A stretch of DNA of 62,856 nucleotides, counting the filler. It is 5 parts of 5 records of this genome, joined end to end, with 100 filler letters (N's around TTAATTAATTAA, not from the genome) between each part and the next. Parts side by side here need not be neighbours in the genome. Positions count along the whole stretch, not along the records: positions 50,131 to 56,790 come from SRR2962707_2320; positions 56,891 to 62,856 come from SRR2962707_2327; 3 more parts are not named here. One strand, given 5' to 3'. The translations under genes were made by a program, and so were the position numbers. Shown here one piece after another: positions 50,235-59,650 of this stretch. The stretch's first letter is position 1, and every line of letters begins with the position of its first letter. A model generated the notes under the pieces. That model worked only from the letters and a program-made list of their open reading frames with translations, did no database searches and was not told where the DNA came from.

Positions 50235-50720
50235 TTACAGCGCAAGTGCCGCATCAATTTCTTCCTGGCTCATGGTTTTGGCTGAACCGTGAATAATCCC
50301 GCTGGCCACATCCATGAACTTTTGCAGCGACACCGTAATGGCATGCGCCGTTTCACGCAGCAGTTCCTCATTCCCTTCGGCAATGACGGCTTCAAGCTGG
50401 GTATTGGCGTGGGCAACGATGGTATTGAGGTGGTTTATCGTTTCCTCAAACGGCTGACGGAATCGGGGTGGGACATGTTCATACGCCTCAATCGCCAGTT
50501 CCTTGTCCGAAAACGCACTGTCGCGGAAATGGTCCTGATAGGTTTTCGGGGCCCATTCCTTACAATCCTCGATCATGTCGGGCATGTCGGGCACCATCTC
50601 GAGAAGCATGACGATCTCATTGAAATGGTTCAGATAATCCGTCGCCAATAGCGTGGTCGAGGAAATATTGGTTCCCTCTACCTTCTTTTGCCATTCAGAG
50701 AAATCGGCTTCGTCCACCAT
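50235..50720 (-). CDS. Conserved-looking alphaproteobacterial hypothetical protein with C-terminal SQEEIDA peptide
   Basis: LATDYLNHFNE motif, acidic helical composition, GAGG RBS. Confidence 0.8.
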   Translation of the reverse strand: MVDEADFSEWQKKVEGTNISSTTLLATDYLNHFNEIVMLLEMVPDMPDMIEDCKEWAPKTYQDHFRDSAFSDKELAIEAYEHVPPRFRQPFEETINHLNTIVAHANTQLEAVIAEGNEELLRETAHAITVSLQKFMDVASGIIHGSAKTMSQEEIDAALAL

Positions 50721-51078
50721 TCGTCGTGCGACCTCATATCCTTCATGCTTACGCGGGAATGCCCTGCAATTATTTATACTTAAGAATATTTCGTCCCCTT
50801 TGGTAGAGGTTTTTTACATCAAGCGACCTTGAATATCGGTCAGAACGTCCCTGCGGCACCTCTATAATGACAAAAAACTGTCCTTAATCCCAAACGAAAC
50901 TCGTTCAACTAATTTAGGAAAACCAAGATGCGCGCCAGCGTCTTGGTCCGATATGCCTCCAAAAGGCATCTCATCAAGACGCATCTTAAACAGCAACATG
51001 CCGCAACGGCCATTGCACCGTGCGGCATGTGTTTTTCTGCGGGGTTTGGTTTGTCTCATCGCGGTTTTGCCCGCGCTG

Positions 51079-51597
51079 TTACAGAATGTCGTAAATTTCG
51101 TCTGCCGGCAGGGCAAGCAACCGGTCTGCCATTTCCTGTTTCAGATAGGTGTGGCGGGCGATTTCTTCGGCAGTTTTATCTGCCTTTGCGCCCAGTTCAA
51201 TGAACTCATCGCGAACGTGCCCGGCGCGAATAACCATTTCAACCTTGCGATCATTCTCAACAAAACGGAAAAAATACCGTTCGCGGTGCGTGCCGTCGCG
51301 GAAAGGTTCGCCAAGCGATTTATCGACACGATATCGGCCTTCAGTAACACCACGGGTAACCAGCTCAAACGCATCGCGCCCGCCCGGTCCGCCAAAGCTG
51401 GTCTCAACGCGGATATCGCGGCGTGATACCGGGCCGGATTTGGCAAGTTCGGTCAAACCGCGCTGCATGACCTTAAAGGCATGGGCAACACCGCCGGGAA
51501 ACCCCGGACCGTGATAGCGCAGCATGTCTTCGAACGAAAATGTCAAATCCACGCCATTGTCGCAGATCGTCACGGAATTGCTTGCTGCGGTCATCAT
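51079..51597 (-). CDS. FmdE-like hypothetical protein
   Basis: YHGPGFPGGVAH and GPGGRDAFE.VTR motifs, GGGG RBS. Confidence 0.65.
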   Translation of the reverse strand: MMTAASNSVTICDNGVDLTFSFEDMLRYHGPGFPGGVAHAFKVMQRGLTELAKSGPVSRRDIRVETSFGGPGGRDAFELVTRGVTEGRYRVDKSLGEPFRDGTHRERYFFRFVENDRKVEMVIRAGHVRDEFIELGAKADKTAEEIARHTYLKQEMADRLLALPADEIYDIL

Positions 51598-51615
51598 ACC
51601 CCCAATTGCGATACC

Positions 51616-51650
51616 AAAAGAACAAAGGCGCCCGGTTTCCCGGACGCCTT
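51616..51650 (-). terminator. Intrinsic terminator downstream of the displaced DAHP synthase 3' end
   Basis: Minus strand reads AAGGCGTCCGG-GAAA-CCGGGCGCCTT-TGTTCTTTT. Confidence 0.8.
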
Positions 51651-51842
51651 GTTGCTAATTACTCGCAATCGCGAAAACAATCAAGCAGAAGCAGCCATTT
51701 GCTTTGTGCCTAGCTGTCCTAATTCACTCCCAAAGGGAACACTCAGCCGTATCCATTTAATAATAGACGCAATAGTACCGCAAAATCTGGACCGGATTGT
51801 TGATATCATGATACGCAGTAACTCAAATTCATTTAGGCATAC

Positions 51843-52844
51843 TTGAATAGGGTCTTCACGGTGGCAAATCCTCATCCTCAAACTGACAAGTTCCCGGAAA
51901 TTTCGGTCATCGTTCCGATCTTTAACGAAGAAGAAAGTATAGGGCTACTTTCCGATAAGCTCTTGTCTGTTTTAGACGGTTTGGGCAAATCATTTGAGAT
52001 TGTATTTGTTAACGATGGTAGTTCAGATAACTCCATGGTGCTGCTACGAAGCCTCGCCGATGATCGTTCGGAGTTTAAAATCGTCAATTTCCGAAGAAAC
52101 TACGGTCAAACTGCTGCAACGATGGCCGGGATTGACCATGCATCGGGAGAGATTATCATCCCAATTGATGCTGATCTTCAAAACGATCCGAGTGATATCC
52201 CTCGACTTCTTGAAAAGATAGAAGAGGGATTTGATGTTGTATCTGGTTGGCGGAAAGACCGTCAGGATGCCGCAATTCGCCGCAATTTTGTCAGCCGCTT
52301 GGCCAACAAGCTAATTTCACGTATCTCGGGCGTTCATCTTCACGACTATGGTTGCACCCTAAAGGCGTACAGGAAAGACGTTGTGAAGGGCATTCGCCTT
52401 TACGGTGAAATGCACCGCTTTATTCCCATTTATGCGACGTGGATGGGCGCCAAGGTCTGCGAGATCCCGGTTCAGCACCATGCGCGCCAGTTCGGACAGT
52501 CTAAATACGGCCTCGAACGCATCGCCAAGGTCTTACTTGACCTGATGGTTGTGAAGTTTTTGGATCGCCATTTCGTCAAGCCCATTTATGTTTTTGGTGG
52601 CATCGGGCTAGCATCGTTTTGCGCTTCATTTTTAAGTGCAATCTGGATGTTCTATCTGAAGATCTTTGATAACACTTCAATGATCGAAACACCGTTGCCA
52701 CTGCTTGTCGCAATGACATTTCTCGTTGGATTGATGTGTATCTTGCTTGGTTTACTAGCAGAAATGATTGTTCGAACTTATTTTGAATCGCAAGGTCGCA
52801 GCCCATACCTTGTAAGAGAGACAATCAATTTGGAGCATGAATAG
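51843..52844 (+). CDS. Polyprenyl-phosphate glycosyltransferase (GT2, ArnC/GtrB-like)
   Basis: VNDGSSD, RNYGQTAA, IDADLQND, VVSGWR, LYGEMHRF, SKYG and two C-terminal TM helices. Confidence 0.9.
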   Translation: MNRVFTVANPHPQTDKFPEISVIVPIFNEEESIGLLSDKLLSVLDGLGKSFEIVFVNDGSSDNSMVLLRSLADDRSEFKIVNFRRNYGQTAATMAGIDHASGEIIIPIDADLQNDPSDIPRLLEKIEEGFDVVSGWRKDRQDAAIRRNFVSRLANKLISRISGVHLHDYGCTLKAYRKDVVKGIRLYGEMHRFIPIYATWMGAKVCEIPVQHHARQFGQSKYGLERIAKVLLDLMVVKFLDRHFVKPIYVFGGIGLASFCASFLSAIWMFYLKIFDNTSMIETPLPLLVAMTFLVGLMCILLGLLAEMIVRTYFESQGRSPYLVRETINLEHE

Positions 52845-52846
52845 CG

Positions 52847-54706
52847 ATGTGTGGCATTGCTGGCTTTGTCGGTCGGGGAAATAGCACAGACATTCATGCG
52901 ATGACCGATGCACTGGCACATCGAGGCCCTGATGGGGAAGGTTTCTACGTCGACGAAGACAAACACGTTTATTTGGGGCACCGCCGACTGTCCGTCAGGG
53001 ATATTGATGGTGGCGCACAACCTATGTGGGATGCATCAGGTCAGACAGGAATTGTCTTCAACGGCGAGATCTATAACTTCCCTGAATTAAGAGCAGAGCT
53101 TGAAGCAAACGGTGCGGTGTTTCAGACGTCGCATTCAGATACCGAAGTTCTTATTCATGGCTATCGTCAGTGGGGAGCCGAGCTGGCCCGGCGCCTGAAT
53201 GGCATGTTTGCCTTTGTCATCACAGACTACCTCCGAGGCAGCCTTTATCTCGCCCGCGATCGCTTTGGTGAGAAACCACTCTTTTACACTTCCCAAAAGG
53301 ATCTATTTGCCTTTTCAAGCGAACTGAATTCACTTGAAAAGCATAGCAATATTCAAAGCAATATATCCAATCTGGGCCTGCAGAAACTTTTTGCGTACGG
53401 CTACCTCCCGGCTCCCAACTCATTGCTTGAAAACGTCTTCAAGTTACCCGCCGGTCATCAAATGACTGTCGATTTGGATACACTTGAAACCAAAGTAACG
53501 AAGTATTGGGAATTTCTGCTAACCCCGGACAACTCGCTGACCTCTGCCAACGATGATGAGCTTGCAGAACATCTTCGGGAACTGATTTCACAATCGGTAG
53601 CACGTCGACTGGTGAGCGACGTACCGCTTGGCGTGTTTCTAAGCGGTGGCATTGACTCAAGCGCGATTTTGTGTGCGGCAGCTCGGCACGCAAACGGCAA
53701 GGAAATATCGTCATTTACAATTGGCTTCGAAGAAGCTTCCTATGATGAGTCCCGACAAGCCCAATTGGTTGCTGCGCATGCAGGCTCCAAGCATCACCTC
53801 AGAACGCTAAACCTTACCAACGCACAGGACCTCATTCCAGAAGTCCTAAGGCAACTGGATGAGCCAATTGGTGATGCCTCTTTGCTTCCGACATACCTTC
53901 TAAGCAAATTCACAAGAGAACACGTTAAAGTTGCACTTTCAGGCGACGGGGCCGACGAACTTTTCGCTGGATACGATCCGTTCCTCGCACTCAAACCTGC
54001 GGAAGCCTATCAAAAATACGTACCCCGCTCTGCCCACAAGTTATTTAGCGGACTTGCAAATGCGCTCCCAAAATCCGGGCGCAATATGAGCTTCGATTTC
54101 AAGCTTCGCCGAACACTTACCGGATTATCCTATCCAGAATCTGTCTGGGCACCAGTATGGATGGCACCACTGTTCCCCGACCAAATGAAAGAGTTTTTTT
54201 TAGCACCGCGTCGTCTGGAAGATATTTACTCGGAGGCGATGGAAATTTGGGACAGCAATCCTGCAGCGAACAGAACTGACAGGTTGCTGTCATTTTTCAC
54301 GAGCCTCTATCTGCAAAATGATATCCTGACCAAGGTTGATCGCGCGTCCATGATGTCATCGCTGGAAACACGCGCGATCTTCCTTGATAATGACATTGTC
54401 GATTTCTGCACCAAACTGCCGTCGCACTTCAAACTGCGAAATGGTAAGCGAAAATATTTGCTTAAGAAAGCGCTTGAATCGCTACTTCCGAACCAAACGA
54501 TACAACGCAAAAAGAAAGGCTTTGGCATTCCATTGTCAGACTGGATGCGCAAAACACCTCAGATTAATGCGCCAAGATCGATTCCCGGCGTTGATATGCG
54601 CTACGCAGAATCTCAGTGGACAGAGCATCATAGCGGTACGCAAGATAACCGCTTCTTCCTCTGGAACTGGCTTGCATTGCAAAACAGTTCGCTTGGTAAG
54701 TTTTAG
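52847..54706 (+). CDS. asnB: AsnB-like glutamine-dependent amidotransferase
   Basis: MCGIAG Ntn cysteine, HRGPDG, FNGEIYN, LSGGIDSS, SGDGADELFAGY, KVDRASM. Confidence 0.92.
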   Translation: MCGIAGFVGRGNSTDIHAMTDALAHRGPDGEGFYVDEDKHVYLGHRRLSVRDIDGGAQPMWDASGQTGIVFNGEIYNFPELRAELEANGAVFQTSHSDTEVLIHGYRQWGAELARRLNGMFAFVITDYLRGSLYLARDRFGEKPLFYTSQKDLFAFSSELNSLEKHSNIQSNISNLGLQKLFAYGYLPAPNSLLENVFKLPAGHQMTVDLDTLETKVTKYWEFLLTPDNSLTSANDDELAEHLRELISQSVARRLVSDVPLGVFLSGGIDSSAILCAAARHANGKEISSFTIGFEEASYDESRQAQLVAAHAGSKHHLRTLNLTNAQDLIPEVLRQLDEPIGDASLLPTYLLSKFTREHVKVALSGDGADELFAGYDPFLALKPAEAYQKYVPRSAHKLFSGLANALPKSGRNMSFDFKLRRTLTGLSYPESVWAPVWMAPLFPDQMKEFFLAPRRLEDIYSEAMEIWDSNPAANRTDRLLSFFTSLYLQNDILTKVDRASMMSSLETRAIFLDNDIVDFCTKLPSHFKLRNGKRKYLLKKALESLLPNQTIQRKKKGFGIPLSDWMRKTPQINAPRSIPGVDMRYAESQWTEHHSGTQDNRFFLWNWLALQNSSLGKF

Positions 54707-54763
54707 TCAATCAGTAACCAGCATTGAACAATAGAACACGATGATCAGAGATCACATAACCCT

Positions 54764-55138
54764 ATGAAAGAAATATCTAAATTTGTAGGCTTGGGAGCGA
54801 TCACAACGATTGCAAGCTACTCGACCTATCTGATTGCACTGCAATTCTTGCTTCCGATGACCGCCTACTTTTTAGGTCTTGTTGCGTCATTTTCCGTCCA
54901 AACAGCAATGATGGCACCGTTTGTTTTCAACGAAAAGCTAACAGCCCGGAATGTGGCGAAGTCATTAGTTATTTACGCTGGGTACTCTTCGATTTTTGCT
55001 GGTTTGATGTGGATCGCTTTACAACTCGAAGTCCCTGCCGTAATCGCACCGCTCGTCGTTATCGTGATTGCAGCACCTCTGCAATTCGTTGCTGGAAAGA
55101 AATGGATACACAACCCGCTGGACGATTTTAGGGATTAG
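54764..55138 (+). CDS. GtrA-like small flippase
   Basis: 124 aa, 4 TM helices, KFVGLG N-terminus, FVF and KKW motifs. Confidence 0.7.
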   Translation: MKEISKFVGLGAITTIASYSTYLIALQFLLPMTAYFLGLVASFSVQTAMMAPFVFNEKLTARNVAKSLVIYAGYSSIFAGLMWIALQLEVPAVIAPLVVIVIAAPLQFVAGKKWIHNPLDDFRD

Positions 55139-56604
55139 TTATTCACTTTTTTCCTTAGCAAGGAAATTCGCTGAACACAGAAACAACCAATCAAAGTCGA
55201 AAATGGCACCACCGCTGCCAAATAACGTGTCTCTAAATGAACCAAAGCATGTGCAAGCAGGACGCCGAAATAAAACGCCCACAAAGCTGAACAAACAAGC
55301 ATCTCTCTCTTATATGCAGCCTTGCAAAGGCAACGACGGACGAACCAAAAAATTGGCCCAATCACAAAGGCAATCGTAATAATGATTGCGACCAAACGCT
55401 CGACCATTTCGCCAGTGAATAGAAAGAAAACCCCTGCGTCGTTAAAAATATTCTTGCGAAGCTCCCGATAATCCGGCCACGGCTTTTCACCGTTGATCCA
55501 AAACCCAGTCTGCCTAATCGCACCGAACGGACGGAAGGTTAGCGTGGCGTAATTTTCCCGGATATGTGAGATCGTCATGCGCAGCATTGAACCGGGATAT
55601 TCCATCCAGCTCTCAAAGTACTTCTGCTTTGACATTTTGGCTAATTCGGGAGCGACAAATCCCTGATTGAACAAACTTGCCTGTATCTCAAGAACTTCGG
55701 AGAAAGCGTAATCTTTCACATGTTCGCGCGCGGTAACTTCAATTGGCTCATCGCCAGAGAATATACGTTGATCCTTCTCCACAGCATCAACCAGCCCCTG
55801 CAAGTAGACTGTTTGCCCTCCCGACGTAATAAAGCGGTAACCGGTTCGGCTTTCGTTCCAAGACGCATAAGCCTGCGTAGCCAAAATAACAGGGATGTAA
55901 AACACGACGACTGCAGCAATCGAACGCCAGCGCTGGTTCTCGGCCCCAAGGGCCCGAAACAGAAACGGCACAACAAAGAGAATTGAAAGAATCGCAACAC
56001 CTTCTCGAACCAAGAAGGCAAGTGTGATCAAAGCCCCGAAGAACAAGGCTTCGGCAAATCCGAATGGGCGGCTGCGCAAACTGGCAACCGCGTTTTCACT
56101 GAGCACAATCACGAAGAAGCTGGTGGCAAAGCTGTCGGTCAGAATCATGTTATCAAGCAGCAACGAGAATGAAAGTCCCATTGCCAACAAACAGAATACC
56201 CCCAGAACAGGGTGCATCCCCAACGCAATAATCAGGCGTGAAAAGCTATAAAGCGACACTGCAGATAATAGGAACTGCGAGAGAACAACAATCCACTGCC
56301 AGTTCTCAACCGAGATCAATTGCGTTAGCGCAATGAACATCGGATACCCAGCTATTCTGAAAACAGTGGTTGGAATTGCACTATCCTCAAGCCCGGCATT
56401 GGTCAACCAACTCGTACCTTGCAGGATCAACTCCGCGAAGCGTGTATACCCACCAGTATCCGGCGCAATTCCCGGCCCCCATATCGTCAGAACCGCTATT
56501 TTAAAGACGACGATAGCCAAGATGACGGAGAGATAAAGTTTTCTGTCGACAATCTCTTTACTCTGCGAACGGGAAAAAGCCGGAAGTTTCACTTCTGCAA
56601 CCAT
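55135..56604 (-). CDS. GT-C fold (ArnT/PMT-like) membrane glycosyltransferase
   Basis: PDTGGY after TM1, GYP, LTDS, large extracytoplasmic loop, ETRY near the C-terminus, about 11 TM helices. Confidence 0.65.
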   Translation of the reverse strand: MVAEVKLPAFSRSQSKEIVDRKLYLSVILAIVVFKIAVLTIWGPGIAPDTGGYTRFAELILQGTSWLTNAGLEDSAIPTTVFRIAGYPMFIALTQLISVENWQWIVVLSQFLLSAVSLYSFSRLIIALGMHPVLGVFCLLAMGLSFSLLLDNMILTDSFATSFFVIVLSENAVASLRSRPFGFAEALFFGALITLAFLVREGVAILSILFVVPFLFRALGAENQRWRSIAAVVVFYIPVILATQAYASWNESRTGYRFITSGGQTVYLQGLVDAVEKDQRIFSGDEPIEVTAREHVKDYAFSEVLEIQASLFNQGFVAPELAKMSKQKYFESWMEYPGSMLRMTISHIRENYATLTFRPFGAIRQTGFWINGEKPWPDYRELRKNIFNDAGVFFLFTGEMVERLVAIIITIAFVIGPIFWFVRRCLCKAAYKREMLVCSALWAFYFGVLLAHALVHLETRYLAAVVPFSTLIGCFCVQRISLLRKKVNN

Positions 56605-56621
56605 CTGAAAAATAACAATGG

Positions 56622-56650
56622 AAAACGGGCGCCCACCTAGCGAGCACCCG
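56622..56650 (-). terminator. Terminator-like hairpin after the current DAHP synthase stop
   Basis: Minus strand reads CGGGTGCTCGC-TAG-GTGGGCGCCCG-TTTT (stem includes G-U pairs). Confidence 0.55.
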
Positions 56651-56676
56651 CAACAATATCAACCCGAACGATCAAA

Positions 56677-56790
56677 TCAAGCAGAAGCAGCTATTTGCTC
56701 TGCGCGAACGCTGTCGCGTTCTTTTTTGATCATTTCCGCCATCAGGAAGGCAAGCTCAAGTGCCTGCCCGCCATTCAGGCGCGGGTCGCA
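56677..56790 (-). CDS. Class II DAHP synthase, C-terminal fragment (5'-truncated by contig end)
   Basis: Manual translation CDPRLNGGQALELAFLMAEMIKKERDSVRAEQIAASA*. CDPRLN..QALELAF is the class II DAHP synthase C-terminal signature. Confidence 0.9.
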   Translation of the reverse strand, partial: CDPRLNGGQALELAFLMAEMIKKERDSVRAEQIAASA

Positions 56791-56890
56791 NNNNNNNNNN
56801 NNNNNNNNNNNNNNNNNNNNNNNNNNNNNNNNNNTTAATTAATTAANNNNNNNNNNNNNNNNNNNNNNNNNNNNNNNNNNNNNNNNNNNN
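56791..56890. other. Artificial contig linker
   Basis: N44-TTAATTAATTAA-N44. Confidence 0.98.
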
Positions 56891-56958
56891 ACACAGACAC
56901 AGACACACAGACACAGACAGACACAGTAGGCACAGGCAGGCAGGCAGACAGGCAGACA
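56891..56958. repeat. (ACACAG)n/(CAGG)n microsatellite at contig edge
   Basis: Tandem short units seen directly. Confidence 0.9.
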
Positions 56959-57144
56959 ATTCTGGTTGAAACTTTCCACCGAAAAGAGTGTTTGTGTGAA
57001 CCTGATTTATCCCTCCGTTGTTTTTTGTGGGTTGCTCGGGGTCTCGGGGTTTCGTTTTTGTTGTTTCTTGGGTTGCGTTTCACTTTTCAAAGAAGTCGGG
57101 TTGGCTTCGGAACTGAAACGTCTTGGTGCAGGGAGCGGTCGAAA

Positions 57145-59195
57145 ATGATGGACAGTGCAGCGTTTGATCTCATTAAAAACAGTGCCATGGCGCTGGTTTC
57201 AAACAAACTCGAATCCCAACGCGAAATCAAAAGGCTGGGGACAGATGTTTCGGGCCTGAGAAAGAAAATTCAAAGCTCTGTCGCTGCGATTCACGATATA
57301 TACAGCGGTGGAGAAGCTGACTTCAGCACGTGGGAAAGCAATACATCAGCTAAAAACACGCTCATGAACCACGCACTGCTTCTGCTCGACAAATCTCGCA
57401 CTGAGCGAGCAAATGCACAGAGTCAAGGGAAGCTGACTTGTCAGAACAACGCCCAACCTGCTAAGGGCTCCGGTTTACTTTTCGAGGAACTGTCCATTGA
57501 AGCTATCGAGCTGGAAGTGCAGGCGTGGTTTCTTTGTCCCAAATTAACCCTTGCGCCAAATTTTGAAGCTACGGATTTGCATTGATAATGGCGTGCTTTC
57601 TGTGTGTGTGGTTGACCTCGTAGAGTCTCACGACGTTCGAGCCCATTTCAGTTTGTGTCGACGATGCCAACCTAAAAGAGCTGCTTGAAGAACAGAGTCG
57701 GATGCGAATCCTGCTGGATCGTGAACACGCCATTTTGAACGAAAGCAGTGCTTTCATCAAAAATCTCAAAAACAATATTGAGTTCAATGAAACTGAGCTT
57801 GCACGCATAACCGCAAGCGTTCTGGAGCATACAGACATCGAAGGTCGGCTTGTCGAGTCCCTTCGAGCCATCCGGAGCCAAATTCAAGATCTCGAGTCCA
57901 AAGAAGCAACATTTAAGGCGCAAACTGCCAACGCAATCACCGGTTTGAAATGCATTACCATGTTTTGCGGCTATTGTTGTGATCTCCACGTGCATGTTTT
58001 TCAACACACCGAACGCTTGCGAAAAAATACTACAGATGCTGAACAGACAATCACAGAAATGCAGATTCCGGAACTCGAGGCTCAGGTCGCTGCTTGTTCC
58101 TTCTTTCACCTCGAGGTGTTTGGTCGTTGTCACATAGTGTTATTGATCAAAATCTGTTCGTTGTTCACCGACAGCTCGAAATCAAGGCCTCTAATTTAAT
58201 GAAGGAAACGAAAAAGTTCCATGAGCTTGAGGAGGCACTTGCCCAAGAGGAGGCAGCTGCAACTGAAGTGAAAGCTCAGATTAAATCGATCGAGGAGAGC
58301 AATGCCCAGGTACTCATCAGCAGGTTTCCATGCGTATGGACAGGTCTCGTTGCGCGTCGTTAACAGACGCACTTTGCAGATTGTTGCAGACCTTGACAAG
58401 CGAGCTGCCGCTCAGAAAGAAATACTTGAGCAAAGTGTTGCCAGCGCAAAGGTCGAGAAAGAGAAGCTTGTCCAAAATTTCAAAGATGGGCTCGCCAAAC
58501 AGCAAGCGCAACTTTGTGAGAAAGAGGCTGCTCTGAAGCTGCAGGTACGCGTTGATTTTGCTATGCTTTGAAGCTGACGTGTTGTAGTAAACACTCTTTT
58601 TATTCAAAACCACGCAGCTTGTGTCACCGCACGATGTGTCATGGTGCCTAAAGAAAGCCGAGCTTGAAGCAAAGCAGAAGCTGGTGGCCGCGAAAAAGCT
58701 CCAGAAGACGGTAATGCCTATTGCGGTTGCGACCTTCGTTGCGAGGAGGCATTGCATGCAATTCATGGAAGTTGTCAAGGCTGATTTGAGTACTTTTACT
58801 TGCAGGACTTGGAAACAAAGTTGTCATCTCTCGGGTGTGAAAAGCAAGCGAACGCCTCAGTGGAGGAACGGGGTGCTGGCAAACAGCAGAATGATGAAGT
58901 TGCAAACTTGGAAAAGGTCAGTCCTGCACACAGCAATAGAACGTGTGATCAAAATTGTGTGAGCGAATCTTAAGTTGGAACAATGACATTGCAGGACATC
59001 GCTGAAGCGCGCGATAAACTGGAGCGGCTTCAGGCGCTTGGGCCGAAGAAGCCACGCCCAAGCACAATTAAAGAATCCAGTCGCAAGTTGAAAAAGCTGC
59101 AAGCTGCACTCACCAAACCGAAAGCTGAACTTGCAGACGCAACACGTGAGTTGGAGGACAGACGTGCAGAGCTCCGCCGGCTTGTTTCGATTTGA
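57145..59195 (+). CDS. Eukaryotic multi-exon coiled-coil protein
   Basis: Successive heptad-rich ORF segments (57145-, 57624-, 58196-, 58380-, 58983-) separated by pyrimidine/TG-rich introns ending in AG. No family recognised. Confidence 0.6.
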
Positions 59196-59650
59196 GGCTT
59201 CAGAGAAAATCTCTTCTTGTGCGAAAACTTGAGTGTCACCTATTGTTCTAACGTTTACAGTCAAAGGCACGATTTCGCCACAATTCAACGGGTGACCCAT
59301 GTAGTCGCATCCTCCACAAGGCTGGCGGGCGGTATCAAATACGCTATTCTAAAGGAGGCGGGTCCAAAGGTGGCGAAGGTTGGCCGCGGATAAAAGGATT
59401 GCGACATGGGCTGTCCGGTGGGTACCTGACAAGCGGCATTAAGGCATTAGGACAATGTATGAAGACCACGACGATCGAGAAGCAAGCTCCTTGCGCCATC
59501 ACTATGTGCGGCAACTCACTCATAGAAGCGAAGGCCAAGGCAGTGATGGTCTGTCATGCTGGATGAGCCCTCTCCAGTGTTCTCCCCGGCAGGAGCAACA
59601 CCTTCCCCAGCTAACCGTTGAAAACAAAAAACAAGAAGCAAACACGTCAT

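Larger units (their letters stand above)
51679..56705. mobile_element. Genomic islet bounded by 31-bp imperfect direct repeats (no integrase)
   Basis: 51679-51709 and 56675-56705 are 28/31 identical. The repeat is the last codons and stop of the DAHP synthase gene. The interior looks more AT-rich than the flanks. Confidence 0.75.

Noticed and set aside
51681-51881. 66-aa minus-strand ORF ending QMAASA
   Set aside because: Only its last codons are meaningful (the displaced DAHP synthase end); the rest overlaps the islet promoter region.
13327-54706. Two asparaginases plus an AsnB in one window as an asparagine module
   Set aside because: They lie on three different contigs from different organisms.
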